Shown here: positions 40,904 through 51,001 of the stretch, piece after piece
Numbering within the stretch: position 1 is the stretch's first letter
Layout of the letters: each line of letters begins with the position of its first letter
Source of the DNA: Candidatus Poribacteria bacterium
GTDB lineage: Bacteria; Poribacteria; WGA-4E; JAJDTR01
DNA length: 64,000 nucleotides
NCBI GenBank assembly: GCA_965222225.1
Contig: CBDCTK010000002.1
Location: 2,464,001-2,528,000, forward strand
Direction of reading: 5' to 3'
Translations under genes and position numbers: made by a program
Notes under the pieces: model-generated
Database searches by the model: none
The model's input: only the letters and a program-made list of their open reading frames with translations
What the model was told of the DNA's origin: nothing

Positions 40904-43585
40904 TCACGATATTACCTGGAGTTCCACTGGTTCGTCGTCCGGTGCCAGAACTTCCACGCGGCCGGTCCGCTCAACGCTCTGCCAGTTGTCCGGTACCGGC
41001 TGGCCGTTGCAGATAGTCGTAGGCTTTGTAGGACTGTAATAGCGCACCCACGCCCGTCCCGGTCCACGCAGGAGGGCGTGCGCCACGCGGCCACCATCAC
41101 TCGTATTTGCCTCTACCAGCCCCAATCCTGAGGCTTCCATAATTACCGGCCCCCGAGGCGCTGTCTCCCCGAAGGACACCTCCACCTTGTGTAGACCCCC
41201 GCGCGAAAGCTCTAATGGCAAGCACCATGCGCCGGTCTGCTCTTGGCCGTCGACAACGATTCTATCAGGCCAGGTCCCCTCGCCCTGCAAATGGAAGTCC
41301 CACACCGACTTCCCGTAGCGCAGCCCCTCCAGAACCATCTCGCTGCCGAGTCCCACCGGGAACAAGCCAATTCCACCGGGACCGGTAGTGATTCCGAAAA
41401 AATTCTCAATCATCATCTGGTACCGACAGGCCAAACCATAGTTGAACGCATTGCATCCGGTTGCGTCCGGCGGCCTTAAGCTGTATGTTTCTCCAAAAGT
41501 ATGGAACTTGCCGAAGGTGTGCTCACACATGTCCCGACACGCAGCCAGTGCGTTTTGGTCGCGCGCCACGCGAAATAACCTTGCCGGCCCCATGTCATCA
41601 AGAGCGGTCCCAATGTATTGCCAGACGCTTGGTGACAAGCTTCCTTCACGCGCAAATTCTCGCATCCCCTTCCAGTCGGTATCAAAAAACATGCGGAAGG
41701 TCGATTCCGCAAGCTCAGTCTCCTTCCCGGCCACGAGTTCTTCGACGAAGGGGGTGTAGACATTGTAGCCGAGGAAATTGCTCCGAAAAATTGGGCCGCG
41801 CTCCATTGTGTCGGGCCAGACGAAATGTGCCACACACCGATGCTTCGGATTGTAAAACAGCCGCAAGTAATTTGTACGTACCTTCTCGGCTACCGATCGC
41901 AGCCGTGTCGCGAACGCCTCATCGCCAAACTGCATCGCCACAATCTCCCAAGTTCGAAGGACACTATACCAGCACCCGTTGGTGCAACTGGTATAGACAT
42001 AGCCATTGCGGAGTCCAAAGTCTTCCAGAGTGGTGTCACCACCCCAGAAGTGAACCTGCAGCCCCGTGTCTGCGTCCGCCTCCGTCAGCATCTTCTCCAG
42101 CCACGCTTTTCCCGGGACGTAGCGCTTCTGGTGGAAGAAATCATCGCGCACCCGCCACTGCAGCATAGCGCTTATGGTGAGAAAGTTGTACTCCGCCGAA
42201 CATGGCACCGCGTAGGAGATGTCCGCGGTCCAATCGTAATTCCACCCGTAGGATAGTTGTCCCTGGCGGCCGCGGTGCTCCGGCTTCCCCGCGAATGCCA
42301 GAAACCTGTCCGCGAAATCCTCATCGCCCATGTACATCATGCCGGGTTGGCTGTGCTGAATCTCGATGGCGCCAGTGTAAGTCCAGTCCGCCATACTCTT
42401 CATGACATAGTCTTCCCACTTAAACGCCTCAAGTTGAAGGGGCAACCAGGCTGCCATTACCTCCAGGTTCTCATGCCCAGGCGCCTTGACGCGGGGAAGG
42501 CCCGCCGCCACATCTCGCGCGTGCTCCCGGCGACGGACGAAGATTGACCGGCTATGGCCTCGAGTCGCCTTGAGATTCTCTACTGCCTCCGCATAGGTTG
42601 TCCCCACAGCCAAGCTAAACTCCAGATGTTCCGTCCCCCTCCAGCACAGGCGATTCTCCACCTGTGCCGGGCACTGTTCTCCGCAGCTGAACAGAAAGTA
42701 CAGGTTGCCCGCCGTCATCTCGTCCCGCCACGATTCGTCTGGATTGAAGCCTTTGTGCTCCCGACACCGCTCCGGCGTCATCTGCGGAGGACAGAACAGA
42801 TTTCCGGCAAACGGGTTGCGCATCTCCGCGACATAGAGCACATAGGCGTGGTTCTCAGTGTCCCACCCCAGCCGCATCCAGCGCCGTCCGTGCTCATGAC
42901 TGGACGCCCCTTCATCGGTAATGACCGACGCCAGGTTCACCTCTGCCCATACCTCTCCCGTGCCTGCCACCTCAAGGACAAGCTTGTTCCGCTCGATTAC
43001 CAGACGCGAGAAATTATCGTGGTCGGCGCCATAGCGGTTCTCAAAACCAAATGGCCACAGCTTCACCTCCTCGAACACGTTGCCTTGCTCGCCATGTCCA
43101 AAGCACAGGAATCCATTTCCGAAGAAGGTCTCCCGCGCACGCGGATACCGGGCCCATGGCCAGCAGGTAAACAAGTCAATGCCACCACTGGCTTGCGAAT
43201 AGCGAACACCCAGTCGACCATGGGTGGCCGAGAAGAACGCTTGCGGCAATCCGTCTTCCCGCACCAAAGCGACACCATCCACGTCGAGGTTCGCCGGACG
43301 TGGTGTATCCCCATAGTAGCCCTCTACCGGCGGCCTCGCCGGTAACATCCACTCTTCCGCCTCTATCGGTGGAGCGCCCGAGTATCCCGCGGTTGTGTTC
43401 AACTGGCACGCGGCATGCGTGTTTTGCCCTACTACCTGCGCGGCGGTTAGATTTCCACAGGCATCTAGTGAATCTATCCCTAAATTTCGTAATACCGACC
43501 GGGTATACTCGTACTTTTCCCACAGTTCTGCCACCGGCTGCTCAGGTAATATATAAACTCTCACGTCAACTTTCTCTTCAGCCAT
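40904..43585 (-). CDS. (alpha/alpha)6-barrel glycoside hydrolase-like protein
   Basis: GAGGGAG RBS before MAEEK; NGCWYSVL...A..LR..AEKVR.NY..LFY helical pattern. Confidence 0.6.
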   Translation of the reverse strand: MAEEKVDVRVYILPEQPVAELWEKYEYTRSVLRNLGIDSLDACGNLTAAQVVGQNTHAACQLNTTAGYSGAPPIEAEEWMLPARPPVEGYYGDTPRPANLDVDGVALVREDGLPQAFFSATHGRLGVRYSQASGGIDLFTCWPWARYPRARETFFGNGFLCFGHGEQGNVFEEVKLWPFGFENRYGADHDNFSRLVIERNKLVLEVAGTGEVWAEVNLASVITDEGASSHEHGRRWMRLGWDTENHAYVLYVAEMRNPFAGNLFCPPQMTPERCREHKGFNPDESWRDEMTAGNLYFLFSCGEQCPAQVENRLCWRGTEHLEFSLAVGTTYAEAVENLKATRGHSRSIFVRRREHARDVAAGLPRVKAPGHENLEVMAAWLPLQLEAFKWEDYVMKSMADWTYTGAIEIQHSQPGMMYMGDEDFADRFLAFAGKPEHRGRQGQLSYGWNYDWTADISYAVPCSAEYNFLTISAMLQWRVRDDFFHQKRYVPGKAWLEKMLTEADADTGLQVHFWGGDTTLEDFGLRNGYVYTSCTNGCWYSVLRTWEIVAMQFGDEAFATRLRSVAEKVRTNYLRLFYNPKHRCVAHFVWPDTMERGPIFRSNFLGYNVYTPFVEELVAGKETELAESTFRMFFDTDWKGMREFAREGSLSPSVWQYIGTALDDMGPARLFRVARDQNALAACRDMCEHTFGKFHTFGETYSLRPPDATGCNAFNYGLACRYQMMIENFFGITTGPGGIGLFPVGLGSEMVLEGLRYGKSVWDFHLQGEGTWPDRIVVDGQEQTGAWCLPLELSRGGLHKVEVSFGETAPRGPVIMEASGLGLVEANTSDGGRVAHALLRGPGRAWVRYYSPTKPTTICNGQPVPDNWQSVERTGRVEVLAPDDEPVELQVIS

Positions 43586-43681
43586 GTTTCTCCCTCTTGA
43601 ATGTGCATAGAGGCGGCGGAGCCCGCTCTCACAGAATAAACGAATTTGATTCGAATATGCTGTCAATCCGTGCTCTAACGC

Positions 43682-45559
43682 TTATTCGCTCATTTGGCCG
43701 TTCTGCGAAGACGCATACACCACATTTAGCCAGACCTTTTCGCCGGGTTGAAGCGAAAGTATGACCCCGACTTGCTCCATTCCTTCCAGGTGCAGGTATT
43801 GTAATGGTTTTAATGCGCCGTTGATAACTACTTGTTCCGCATTGCTACCTTTGTATGTACGGGGAAACAGCAAAGTCAGCCCGTCAATCCCAATCTCGTT
43901 CTGAAGACTAAAAGAGAGGCTTGAATCTTTAATCCGCCAGTCTCCAAAGACGACGCTGCGACGGGCGTCGTTGAACGCTAACCATTCGGTCGCGTTGACA
44001 AAAGGAACTTCGTTTTCAGACAGGCAAGACACGACGAAATCTATCCATGCGCCTTCCGGTTCTTGTGTCGCCATCACCGGATGAAAGCACGGGTGGAAAA
44101 CACCGTGATATTTGCTTCGACAATCGTCTATCAGTTTTTCGGAAAGGGCGCACAGGGCTTCAGCATCCAACGCGGGCTGGAGAAGTTTATCACTCCTCAG
44201 TCCGTCGTCGCTGAAGACGGTGCTCTGTTCGTAGCAGTCGATGATTGCCCCGCTCTCGGAAGCAAACTTCACGGGCAGCGCGCTCCCGTTGAGATAGCCG
44301 TATTGAAATGGGGGACCCGGCATGAAATTTGTGTCAAGGCGAATTCCATTGGTCGAGAGGAGTTCAGCAGTTTCAGACCAACCGACCCAAATCGCATTGT
44401 GCCCCCTGTGAACCGCCGGTTCCCATCCCAAGATGTCATTGAAAAGGCGTGTCCCTTCTGAAAACGCCGTTTCCAGCATTTCAAGACTTGGTCTTCTGCC
44501 GGCAAAGAGGTGTGGACCAAGATCATGGCCCTTCTGTCGCATACCTGCTATCTCTTCACGCGAAAAAAAATCAAAATGATCATACATCGTCGCCCACTCC
44601 TCCCGACAGGAGTGCGCTGCATCGGCGTATAGGGGGCCACGCGTCGTGAGATATATGGTATATTTACCACCCACAACCTCCACGGTCTTGAGCACGAAAT
44701 CGATTTGCTCCCGATTCATCGCATCACTGTCACCAGACAGCAGTGCCATTGACGGAGCACCGTGGGGAAAATGCCAGACCCGTGGAAAGGCAAGCCGGTC
44801 CTCACAAAGCCATCGCAACAGCGTGACAAAAATGTCCTGGTGCACATCGGCCTGTGGGATGAGTTTCAATCGCTCGTCCAAATATCCGACGAAGAGGTCG
44901 TTCGGCTTGTAGGCGTAATCAAGGTCTGGGTCGGGTCGAACACTGAGGCTGGACTGATACGGAAGTCCCTGGTGGAAGTAAACCGTTGAAGCAGCAATGT
45001 CATAAGCGAACATGGCAACCCGGCTAGTTCCATCCTCACGAGTGACAATAGCCGGGTAATGCGTGCACACGCCGGGTGAGCCTCCGAAATAAGCGAACAC
45101 TTGTGCATCGCACGGTTCATACAGATCTGCCTGCCAGTGAAATTGAAGGGTTTCAGCGATAATGGATCCCGTCAGTGAATGATCTGGATTGAGCGTAATA
45201 TAGCCATCCATACACCCTTTGACGACCCCCGTCGCTCGTTTCACACCAAAAAGATTGTCTAAGGAGCAGGGAGGTTTTGAAGCGATGAGACGTCCTCCTG
45301 AATGAACGTACTGTCGGATGACATCTTGATCGGTTTTTTCTAAATCAACGTTGCCCAAGATAACGACCTCAAAACAGAGCAGTTCATCTTTGGTCAGCGG
45401 CACGTCACCGGCTGCACGAATCTCATAGCAGAGGATACCCTCTACCGCTAAAATCTCCAGCAGGTACTCGGCAAAAACGTTGCCATCGCCTTTGTTTACA
45501 ATGATCAGGATGGGTTGTTTGGTATGTCCTGAGCTTTGCTCGCGATTGCTTTTGTTCAT
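43682..45559 (-). CDS. hypothetical protein with GATase-like N-terminus and polysaccharide deacetylase-like C-terminus
   Basis: YVHSGGRLI, SGDSD, GHDLGPH, HRGH, FHP. Confidence 0.6.
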   Translation of the reverse strand: MNKSNREQSSGHTKQPILIIVNKGDGNVFAEYLLEILAVEGILCYEIRAAGDVPLTKDELLCFEVVILGNVDLEKTDQDVIRQYVHSGGRLIASKPPCSLDNLFGVKRATGVVKGCMDGYITLNPDHSLTGSIIAETLQFHWQADLYEPCDAQVFAYFGGSPGVCTHYPAIVTREDGTSRVAMFAYDIAASTVYFHQGLPYQSSLSVRPDPDLDYAYKPNDLFVGYLDERLKLIPQADVHQDIFVTLLRWLCEDRLAFPRVWHFPHGAPSMALLSGDSDAMNREQIDFVLKTVEVVGGKYTIYLTTRGPLYADAAHSCREEWATMYDHFDFFSREEIAGMRQKGHDLGPHLFAGRRPSLEMLETAFSEGTRLFNDILGWEPAVHRGHNAIWVGWSETAELLSTNGIRLDTNFMPGPPFQYGYLNGSALPVKFASESGAIIDCYEQSTVFSDDGLRSDKLLQPALDAEALCALSEKLIDDCRSKYHGVFHPCFHPVMATQEPEGAWIDFVVSCLSENEVPFVNATEWLAFNDARRSVVFGDWRIKDSSLSFSLQNEIGIDGLTLLFPRTYKGSNAEQVVINGALKPLQYLHLEGMEQVGVILSLQPGEKVWLNVVYASSQNGQMSE

Positions 45560-45568
45560 TTTATCTGT

Positions 45569-46678
45569 TTATTGGCAGGTTATGAGTCGCTCCGGGATAG
45601 TTGCTACGTGCACTTGAGGATAGCCAGAGCGGTCTGAGCAGAATACAATGCGCTTTCCGTCCGGGCTAAAAGACGGATGCGGATGGGTCCATTGAGGGCC
45701 ATACAGTGTGTCACCACTGATTTTCATCGTTTCCCACCCGGGCGCCCCTACCGCAGATTCCTCCGGCAATGCGCCAGCTGCATAGTCTTTTTCCCATTGC
45801 GTTCCCTGATTGGAACCTTGGGGATAGCAAAGCGGAACGTGGTTTCCGGTTAATGTATGGATCAACCGCAGTCCAATGTCCGGATGCACGGTATCGCACA
45901 CAATCCATTGCCCATCCGGCGAACTGGCGATATGCCAGGCGTTGAGCGCCGCAATTGTCTCAATCTTACCGCTGTAAGGATCGATTTTCTTCAGTGCGTG
46001 CGGCCAGTGAACAAAGATTACCTGATCTGTCTGGCCCAGAAACGTCTCATGTACGAAGAACTCACGGGGTTTGTTGTGATACAGGCAGGTGTCCTCAGAA
46101 CCGTCAATATTGACTCGCCATAGCCGCGGAAGCGGATCGCTAGCGTAGAGAATCCACTCCGAGTGATTCGGAGGCCACTGGGGATGCAGAATGGGCTTCT
46201 GACCCCGGATGACATACTCCCAGCCCTGGCCATTGGTTTCTACAACCACGATTCCGTATTCACCCTCTCTTATACAGGTGGTCACGATTAGCGTACCATC
46301 GTGGTTGAGTCGGCACTCTCCCAAGGCACAGCCGGGGAAGCGAGCTAATACCGCCCTCTCCAATGTAGTTAGATTCAGTTTGCAGACCGTATCCGCGGCG
46401 GTGTAGAAAAGTGTGCTACCGCTCACATGGCCTGAGTAGCCAAACAGCCCCTCAACATCAGTAAGCCTTGCAATCGGTCCTCCCTGTGCGTCCACGTTGT
46501 ACAAGTCTGCTTTCCCGGCGCGGTAAGACGTGAAAACCAGGGATTGTCCATCCTCAGTAAAGGAATTATTCAGATAATAAAGGTTATGATTGACGGAAGG
46601 GTGGTTGGTCAGTCTTACAATCTCCACTCCTGTTTGCTCGTCATAAACGCTGGTGGCCTCTCCAGGCAGCAAATCCAT
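45569..46678 (-). CDS. oligogalacturonate lyase (PL22)-like beta-propeller protein
   Basis: DEQTGVEIVRLT, LYYLNNSFTEDG, HE, THPHPSFSPDG; AAAGGAG RBS. Confidence 0.8.
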   Translation of the reverse strand: MDLLPGEATSVYDEQTGVEIVRLTNHPSVNHNLYYLNNSFTEDGQSLVFTSYRAGKADLYNVDAQGGPIARLTDVEGLFGYSGHVSGSTLFYTAADTVCKLNLTTLERAVLARFPGCALGECRLNHDGTLIVTTCIREGEYGIVVVETNGQGWEYVIRGQKPILHPQWPPNHSEWILYASDPLPRLWRVNIDGSEDTCLYHNKPREFFVHETFLGQTDQVIFVHWPHALKKIDPYSGKIETIAALNAWHIASSPDGQWIVCDTVHPDIGLRLIHTLTGNHVPLCYPQGSNQGTQWEKDYAAGALPEESAVGAPGWETMKISGDTLYGPQWTHPHPSFSPDGKRIVFCSDRSGYPQVHVATIPERLITCQ

Positions 46679-47015
46679 AGCTCCTTTTCTCCATATTGAA
46701 GTGATTTCGCTGAAAGAACATTTAATCACCTGTGTGATTTTTTCAGTTCGGAGAATCTGCTGCCAGAATCCGTCATTGTAAAGGCATGTCCTTGAGCGGA
46801 GGGATGGGCTGGCAAAACGGGGCGGAGATGACACATAGAAGGTGTAGGAACGCAAAAAATAGTACGTCCGACCATTGTGGTACGGTTAATGGAAATGTGA
46901 ATAGCGGTACGTAGGAGAACATCTTGAATTCAAGCGATTTGTCCTCGCCGCAAACGGTGAGAATTGTCAAAATTTTTTGGGGTCTTACCTTAGCAAGGTC
47001 ACGGACGCCCTATTC

Positions 47016-47795
47016 CTACTGCCCCTTCAAGGAAGCCCACGTGGTAGCCAGTTTGCCACTCGGCTCCACCGCCTGTTTTTGGGATTTCATCAGATTGTTT
47101 AGTTCCTTTTCACTCAATGCCCTGCGGTATATCCTTAGTTCATCGATAACACCTTTAAACGAATGGGCACCTATAGCCCAAGGCTGGGAGCCGACAACGA
47201 GGGACACACCTGTTTTAGCAATGGGTTTTCCCCCTGTTTGTAGACGTCTGTTTTCCTCGCCGTTTAGCCAAGCGGTCAGAGCCTTTTCCTTCAGACTATA
47301 TGTCCAGGCTAGATGAACCCACTCACCAGTGGGAACCGCATCCTTTCCTTCGAACGTAAGATAGCGTTTGTCTACATCCTGAAATTCAGGATACATCTGG
47401 TGACCGTTGCCGGATACGCCGCAGACCCAGCCCTCAAGGACGCCGAAACGGCCTTCCGCTTTTCCGACTAACTTGAAAGGATAAGGGGCGTCACCGTTAT
47501 CGAATATCCACGCGGCAGCCGTAAGCTCATCTGGCTCCAGATTATCGGCATGCTGAACGACAATACTACCAAAGGGAGACCTGAGTTCCAAACCACCGTT
47601 AAATTTTCCTCCAACCCACTTGACTGTCCCTTTGAAGGTCCCGTTATTTTTATTGCCGGAACGATCTCGAACTTCATCCCCGGCGGCCTCATCAAAGCTA
47701 AAGTAAAGACTCAAGGATTTATCTTGAGCCGACACGGCGGCGGTTAACATTATACAGGATAACCCGATTGCCGAAGTAAGAGTCAGGATTCTCAT
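47016..47795 (-). CDS. secreted LamG/concanavalin A-like domain protein
   Basis: LYFSFDE, WVHLAWTY, GVIDELRIY; ends AVEPSGKLATTWASLKGQ. Confidence 0.85.
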   Translation of the reverse strand: MRILTLTSAIGLSCIMLTAAVSAQDKSLSLYFSFDEAAGDEVRDRSGNKNNGTFKGTVKWVGGKFNGGLELRSPFGSIVVQHADNLEPDELTAAAWIFDNGDAPYPFKLVGKAEGRFGVLEGWVCGVSGNGHQMYPEFQDVDKRYLTFEGKDAVPTGEWVHLAWTYSLKEKALTAWLNGEENRRLQTGGKPIAKTGVSLVVGSQPWAIGAHSFKGVIDELRIYRRALSEKELNNLMKSQKQAVEPSGKLATTWASLKGQ

Positions 47796-48035
47796 TGTTG
47801 TGTCAGTGTTATCCAGACCGTATTGAGTTCAGGGCTGCGATTTCGCATACCGTGCCTGATTCCCGATTGCGTTCATCAAGAACTATACCACCGATGGTCA
47901 CAAGTATCATTCTGCAAGGAGCTCATCAATGAAACAAGTGAGTGGTGAATGGTTAGTGGGCTTTTTCATCCGCTACTCACCGCTCGACCACTCACTTGTC
48001 ATCAAAAGGCTCCATTTACCGCTGTTTAAGGAATA

Positions 48036-48207
48036 ATACCATTTCTTTAGATTCGCAGTGCATTATAGGCATCAATCAAGTCTCTCCAATGCGGGGCAAG
48101 AGGATCTCTATCGCATTCGCTATTCGCTCATTTGATTCCCGCCTACGGAGAATGTGAAGAATATAACCGATACATCATAATGCACTATTATTCAAGCGAA
48201 ATGGAAT
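48036..48207. mobile_element. MITE family A copy carrying a 35-bp micro-element (48101-48135)
   Basis: ATACCATTTC...GAAATGGAAT ends; the micro-element splits the internal palindrome. Confidence 0.65.
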
Positions 48208-48238
48208 AACCATCAGTATCAAAACACCTGCCAATGGC

Positions 48239-49036
48239 TTACTTAGTCTTCAGGGAAGCCCACACGGTAGCGAGCTTGCCGCTCGGCTCAACGGCAGTCG
48301 GGCTATCCATGAGAGCCATTATCTGATCCTGAGTGAGTGCATCGTCGTAGACTGCAACTTCATCTACAACACCGTGATATCCATGGGCTCCCGGATTCCA
48401 GGGCTGGGCGCCTATAATGAGACCCAACTCACCCGCCGTGTCGAAATTTGTCCTGATCGGCTTTCCCGGGATGTCTCTAGTGTGGTGGACCTCGCCGTTT
48501 ACCCAACCGGTTAGGGTCTTTTCCGCTACGCTATACGTCCAGGCAAGGTGAGCCCACTCACCAGTCGGGATAGCCTCAGGCCCTTGGAACGAAATGGGAT
48601 TGAGATCCGTATCCTGGATTTCAGGGTACATCACGTGACCGTTACCGGATATACCACAGACCCAGCCTTCGAGGACGCCGAAACGACCTTCTGCTTGTCC
48701 TATCAGCTTGAAAGGATAGGGGGCGTCGCCGAGGTCGAAGATCCATGCGGCTGCAGTCAGCCCACCAATCTTTAGGCTATCGGAATCCTCGACCCGGACA
48801 TGGCCTTGTACAGGGTCAGCAAAGAATTCAAGCGCGCCGCCAAAGCCATCTTTTCCGGCAGTCCACTCGGATTCTCCCATGATGGCCCCATTATTTCCGT
48901 TGCCGGAACCATCTGTCACTGTATCCCCTCCACCCTCATCAAAGTTGAAGTAGATGACCAGGTTTTGAGCCGCCGCAGTAGAGGTTAACATCAAACAAGC
49001 TAACCCCGCTATGAGTGTAAAGACTAGACACTTCAT
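48239..49036 (-). CDS. secreted LamG/concanavalin A-like domain protein (paralogue of 47016-47795)
   Basis: Shares AEGRFGVLEGWVCG with its neighbour; ends AVEPSGKLATVWASLKTK. Confidence 0.85.
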   Translation of the reverse strand: MKCLVFTLIAGLACLMLTSTAAAQNLVIYFNFDEGGGDTVTDGSGNGNNGAIMGESEWTAGKDGFGGALEFFADPVQGHVRVEDSDSLKIGGLTAAAWIFDLGDAPYPFKLIGQAEGRFGVLEGWVCGISGNGHVMYPEIQDTDLNPISFQGPEAIPTGEWAHLAWTYSVAEKTLTGWVNGEVHHTRDIPGKPIRTNFDTAGELGLIIGAQPWNPGAHGYHGVVDEVAVYDDALTQDQIMALMDSPTAVEPSGKLATVWASLKTK

Positions 49037-49471
49037 TTGTTGTTCTCCTTGTATAACATGTTTAGTGAACGATGCCATCTTTCGCGAAATAAAATTGTGC
49101 AATGGTTTTTTCATACTAAATCTTGTAGTATACACCCAAATCACCTAATTCGCGGCTAGATTTCAAGGTCGAGTTTGTCTCAGTAGCGGGACATATAAGG
49201 CATTATATACAAGATTTGGTATGTCCTAATTTGACATTATACAATTCCATTACGCGGAAGGTTAGAACAGTGGTGACTTAGACACAGATTGTCAACAGAA
49301 AATAGTGGACATCGGCGTGTAGTTCGTTTTCTGCACGACGCCCGTTGTTAAATGAATTCCTCAAGCGATCTGTTGCAAGAAAACGCTTAAAGCATTGAAC
49401 CTTGTTCTTCCCTGGCTTGTGAGGCCTACTTCCACAATTCTCACCCCCTTGTTTCCAATTCAACAATAAAC

Positions 49472-49518
49472 AAAAAAGGCGTCTCCGAAGAAGCAATCAA
49501 ACTCCTTCAAAGACGCCT
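49472..49518 (-). terminator. intrinsic terminator-like hairpin
   Basis: AAGGCGTCT...AGACGCC stem followed by T6 on the minus strand. Confidence 0.55.
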
Positions 49519-50456
49519 TATTGACGCGGTCACAAAAAATTCCCTTCGGGGCGAAACTCTCCTGCTCCGAACATTCGGTGGTGGTAGAGAGTTTTGGAAT
49601 TTTTCTAAATGAACTAGATTAGGAGACCATAAAGCCATTTTTCCTCCGGAAAGAACTTTAGGTCATTATACAATCAAGAGATTCGGGCGTTATACATCTT
49701 TTCAGATTCCTTGTCGATCAATTAAAATCGCTAAATCAGTCATTTTCGGCTTTTCAGAGCTAGATGTGGAATGCTGTAACGGCTCGGTATCGGAAGAGCT
49801 CAAAGTCGCGAAATCCAGAGGCCTTGCCGGATCGGGACAGGGCGGCGTTTGATGAGGTTGATTTTATTGTTGATGCCTTCGGCGATGCCGCTGGTCGTGC
49901 GGTGACAATAGTAATTGGCGATTTGGTCAATCCAGTTTGCTAGCGTCCAGCGGAAATTCGAACAGAGTCCCGCTTTCTCAGCTACGAAGGACCACTTCCG
50001 CAGCCACTCGATTGCCTTCTCTTTCGTCAAATTGCACTCAACGATATGCTGCAGACAGTCATTGAGTCAATGAGCCGTCTTGACCAGAGGAGACACCTGA
50101 TAAACGTGTTCCCCGATAGATCGGGGGCTGCTTTTCGGTTAGTCGTCCTGGTTCTTTTGCTGATTCTTTAACTGCTTGAGTTCCCGGTTGACCGCCTGCA
50201 TCACATGAAACCGGTCGGCGGTAATCGTCGCCTAGGGCAACAACTCGGCACACACAGTATCATAGGGACTCCACATGTCGATGACGACTTCTTGAATCTG
50301 TGCGCGCTCGAAAGCCGATAGCTGTTCAAGTCGCGCCCTGAGTTTCTCTTGGGTTCTCGCTTTGAGGAAATCGACGACTTCTTTCATGTCCAGATTCGTC
50401 AGAATCAAGGCGAAGTCCCCTTTTCCCTTCCGCAACGCAATTTCATCAATACCCAA

Positions 50457-50528
50457 CGGAGTCTCTATCGATTAACCGACCGAATAGGGAGGGCAATAGA
50501 TAATCCTGCTCGCTATCCGCTCGGTTGA
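50457..50528. mobile_element. nested micro-elements (36-bp - copy 50472-50507 inside a 36-bp + copy)
   Basis: Removing all 72 bp restores ISL3 LKR|LGIDE. Confidence 0.85.
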
Positions 50529-50813
50529 ACGTTTGAGATTGGCAACGGGGGTTAAGGGGATGCGACATCTCGTTTCGTGGAGGGAGATGCTTTCAATCTG
50601 GCCATAAGTCAACCCTTCAGTGCTGGGTACCGCGCTGATGTTGTTCTCTCGAACTTGGTGGAATATCCAATCTTGGTAACGATGGGTGTAATCGCGTCGC
50701 TCGTCGACAAAGCCGAAGGATTCGGAGAAGGCACCTTCGCAGTCTTCACGGAAGAATCGACGGAAATTAGTCAGCTTGCCACAGTGAGAGCATACCGCCG
50801 TCTGAGATGCCGA

Positions 50814-50849
50814 TCAACTGACTGAATAAGGAAGGCGATAGCAAATCCT
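50814..50849 (-). mobile_element. 36-bp micro-element in the ISL3 remnant
   Basis: Reverse complement AGGATTTGCTATCGCCTTCCTTATTCAGTCAGTTGA followed by TC. Confidence 0.8.
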
Positions 50850-51001
50850 GATAGAGATCCCTTCACTGTCCCATGAAATCCTATCTAGACCAACCTCGGC
50901 AGAAACTACCTGGTAGTTGGGAATGTCGATTCGTTGAATTATAGTCATTGTGATTAAGAATTACACATATGGGATTTACTTGGTTCGGTTTGTAGTAGCA
51001 A

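Larger units (their letters stand above)
49760..50900 (-). pseudogene. ISL3-family transposase remnant
   Basis: CSHCG Zn finger, LGIDEIALRKG, VVIDMWSPY, EGINNKINLIKRR..GF; multiple breaks and micro-insertions; 5' boundary approximate. Confidence 0.8.

Noticed and set aside
47935-47998. Heptamer-like tandem and inverted sequence (AGTGAGTGGTGAATGG...CCACTCACT)
   Set aside because: A low-complexity intergenic hairpin, too degenerate to define.
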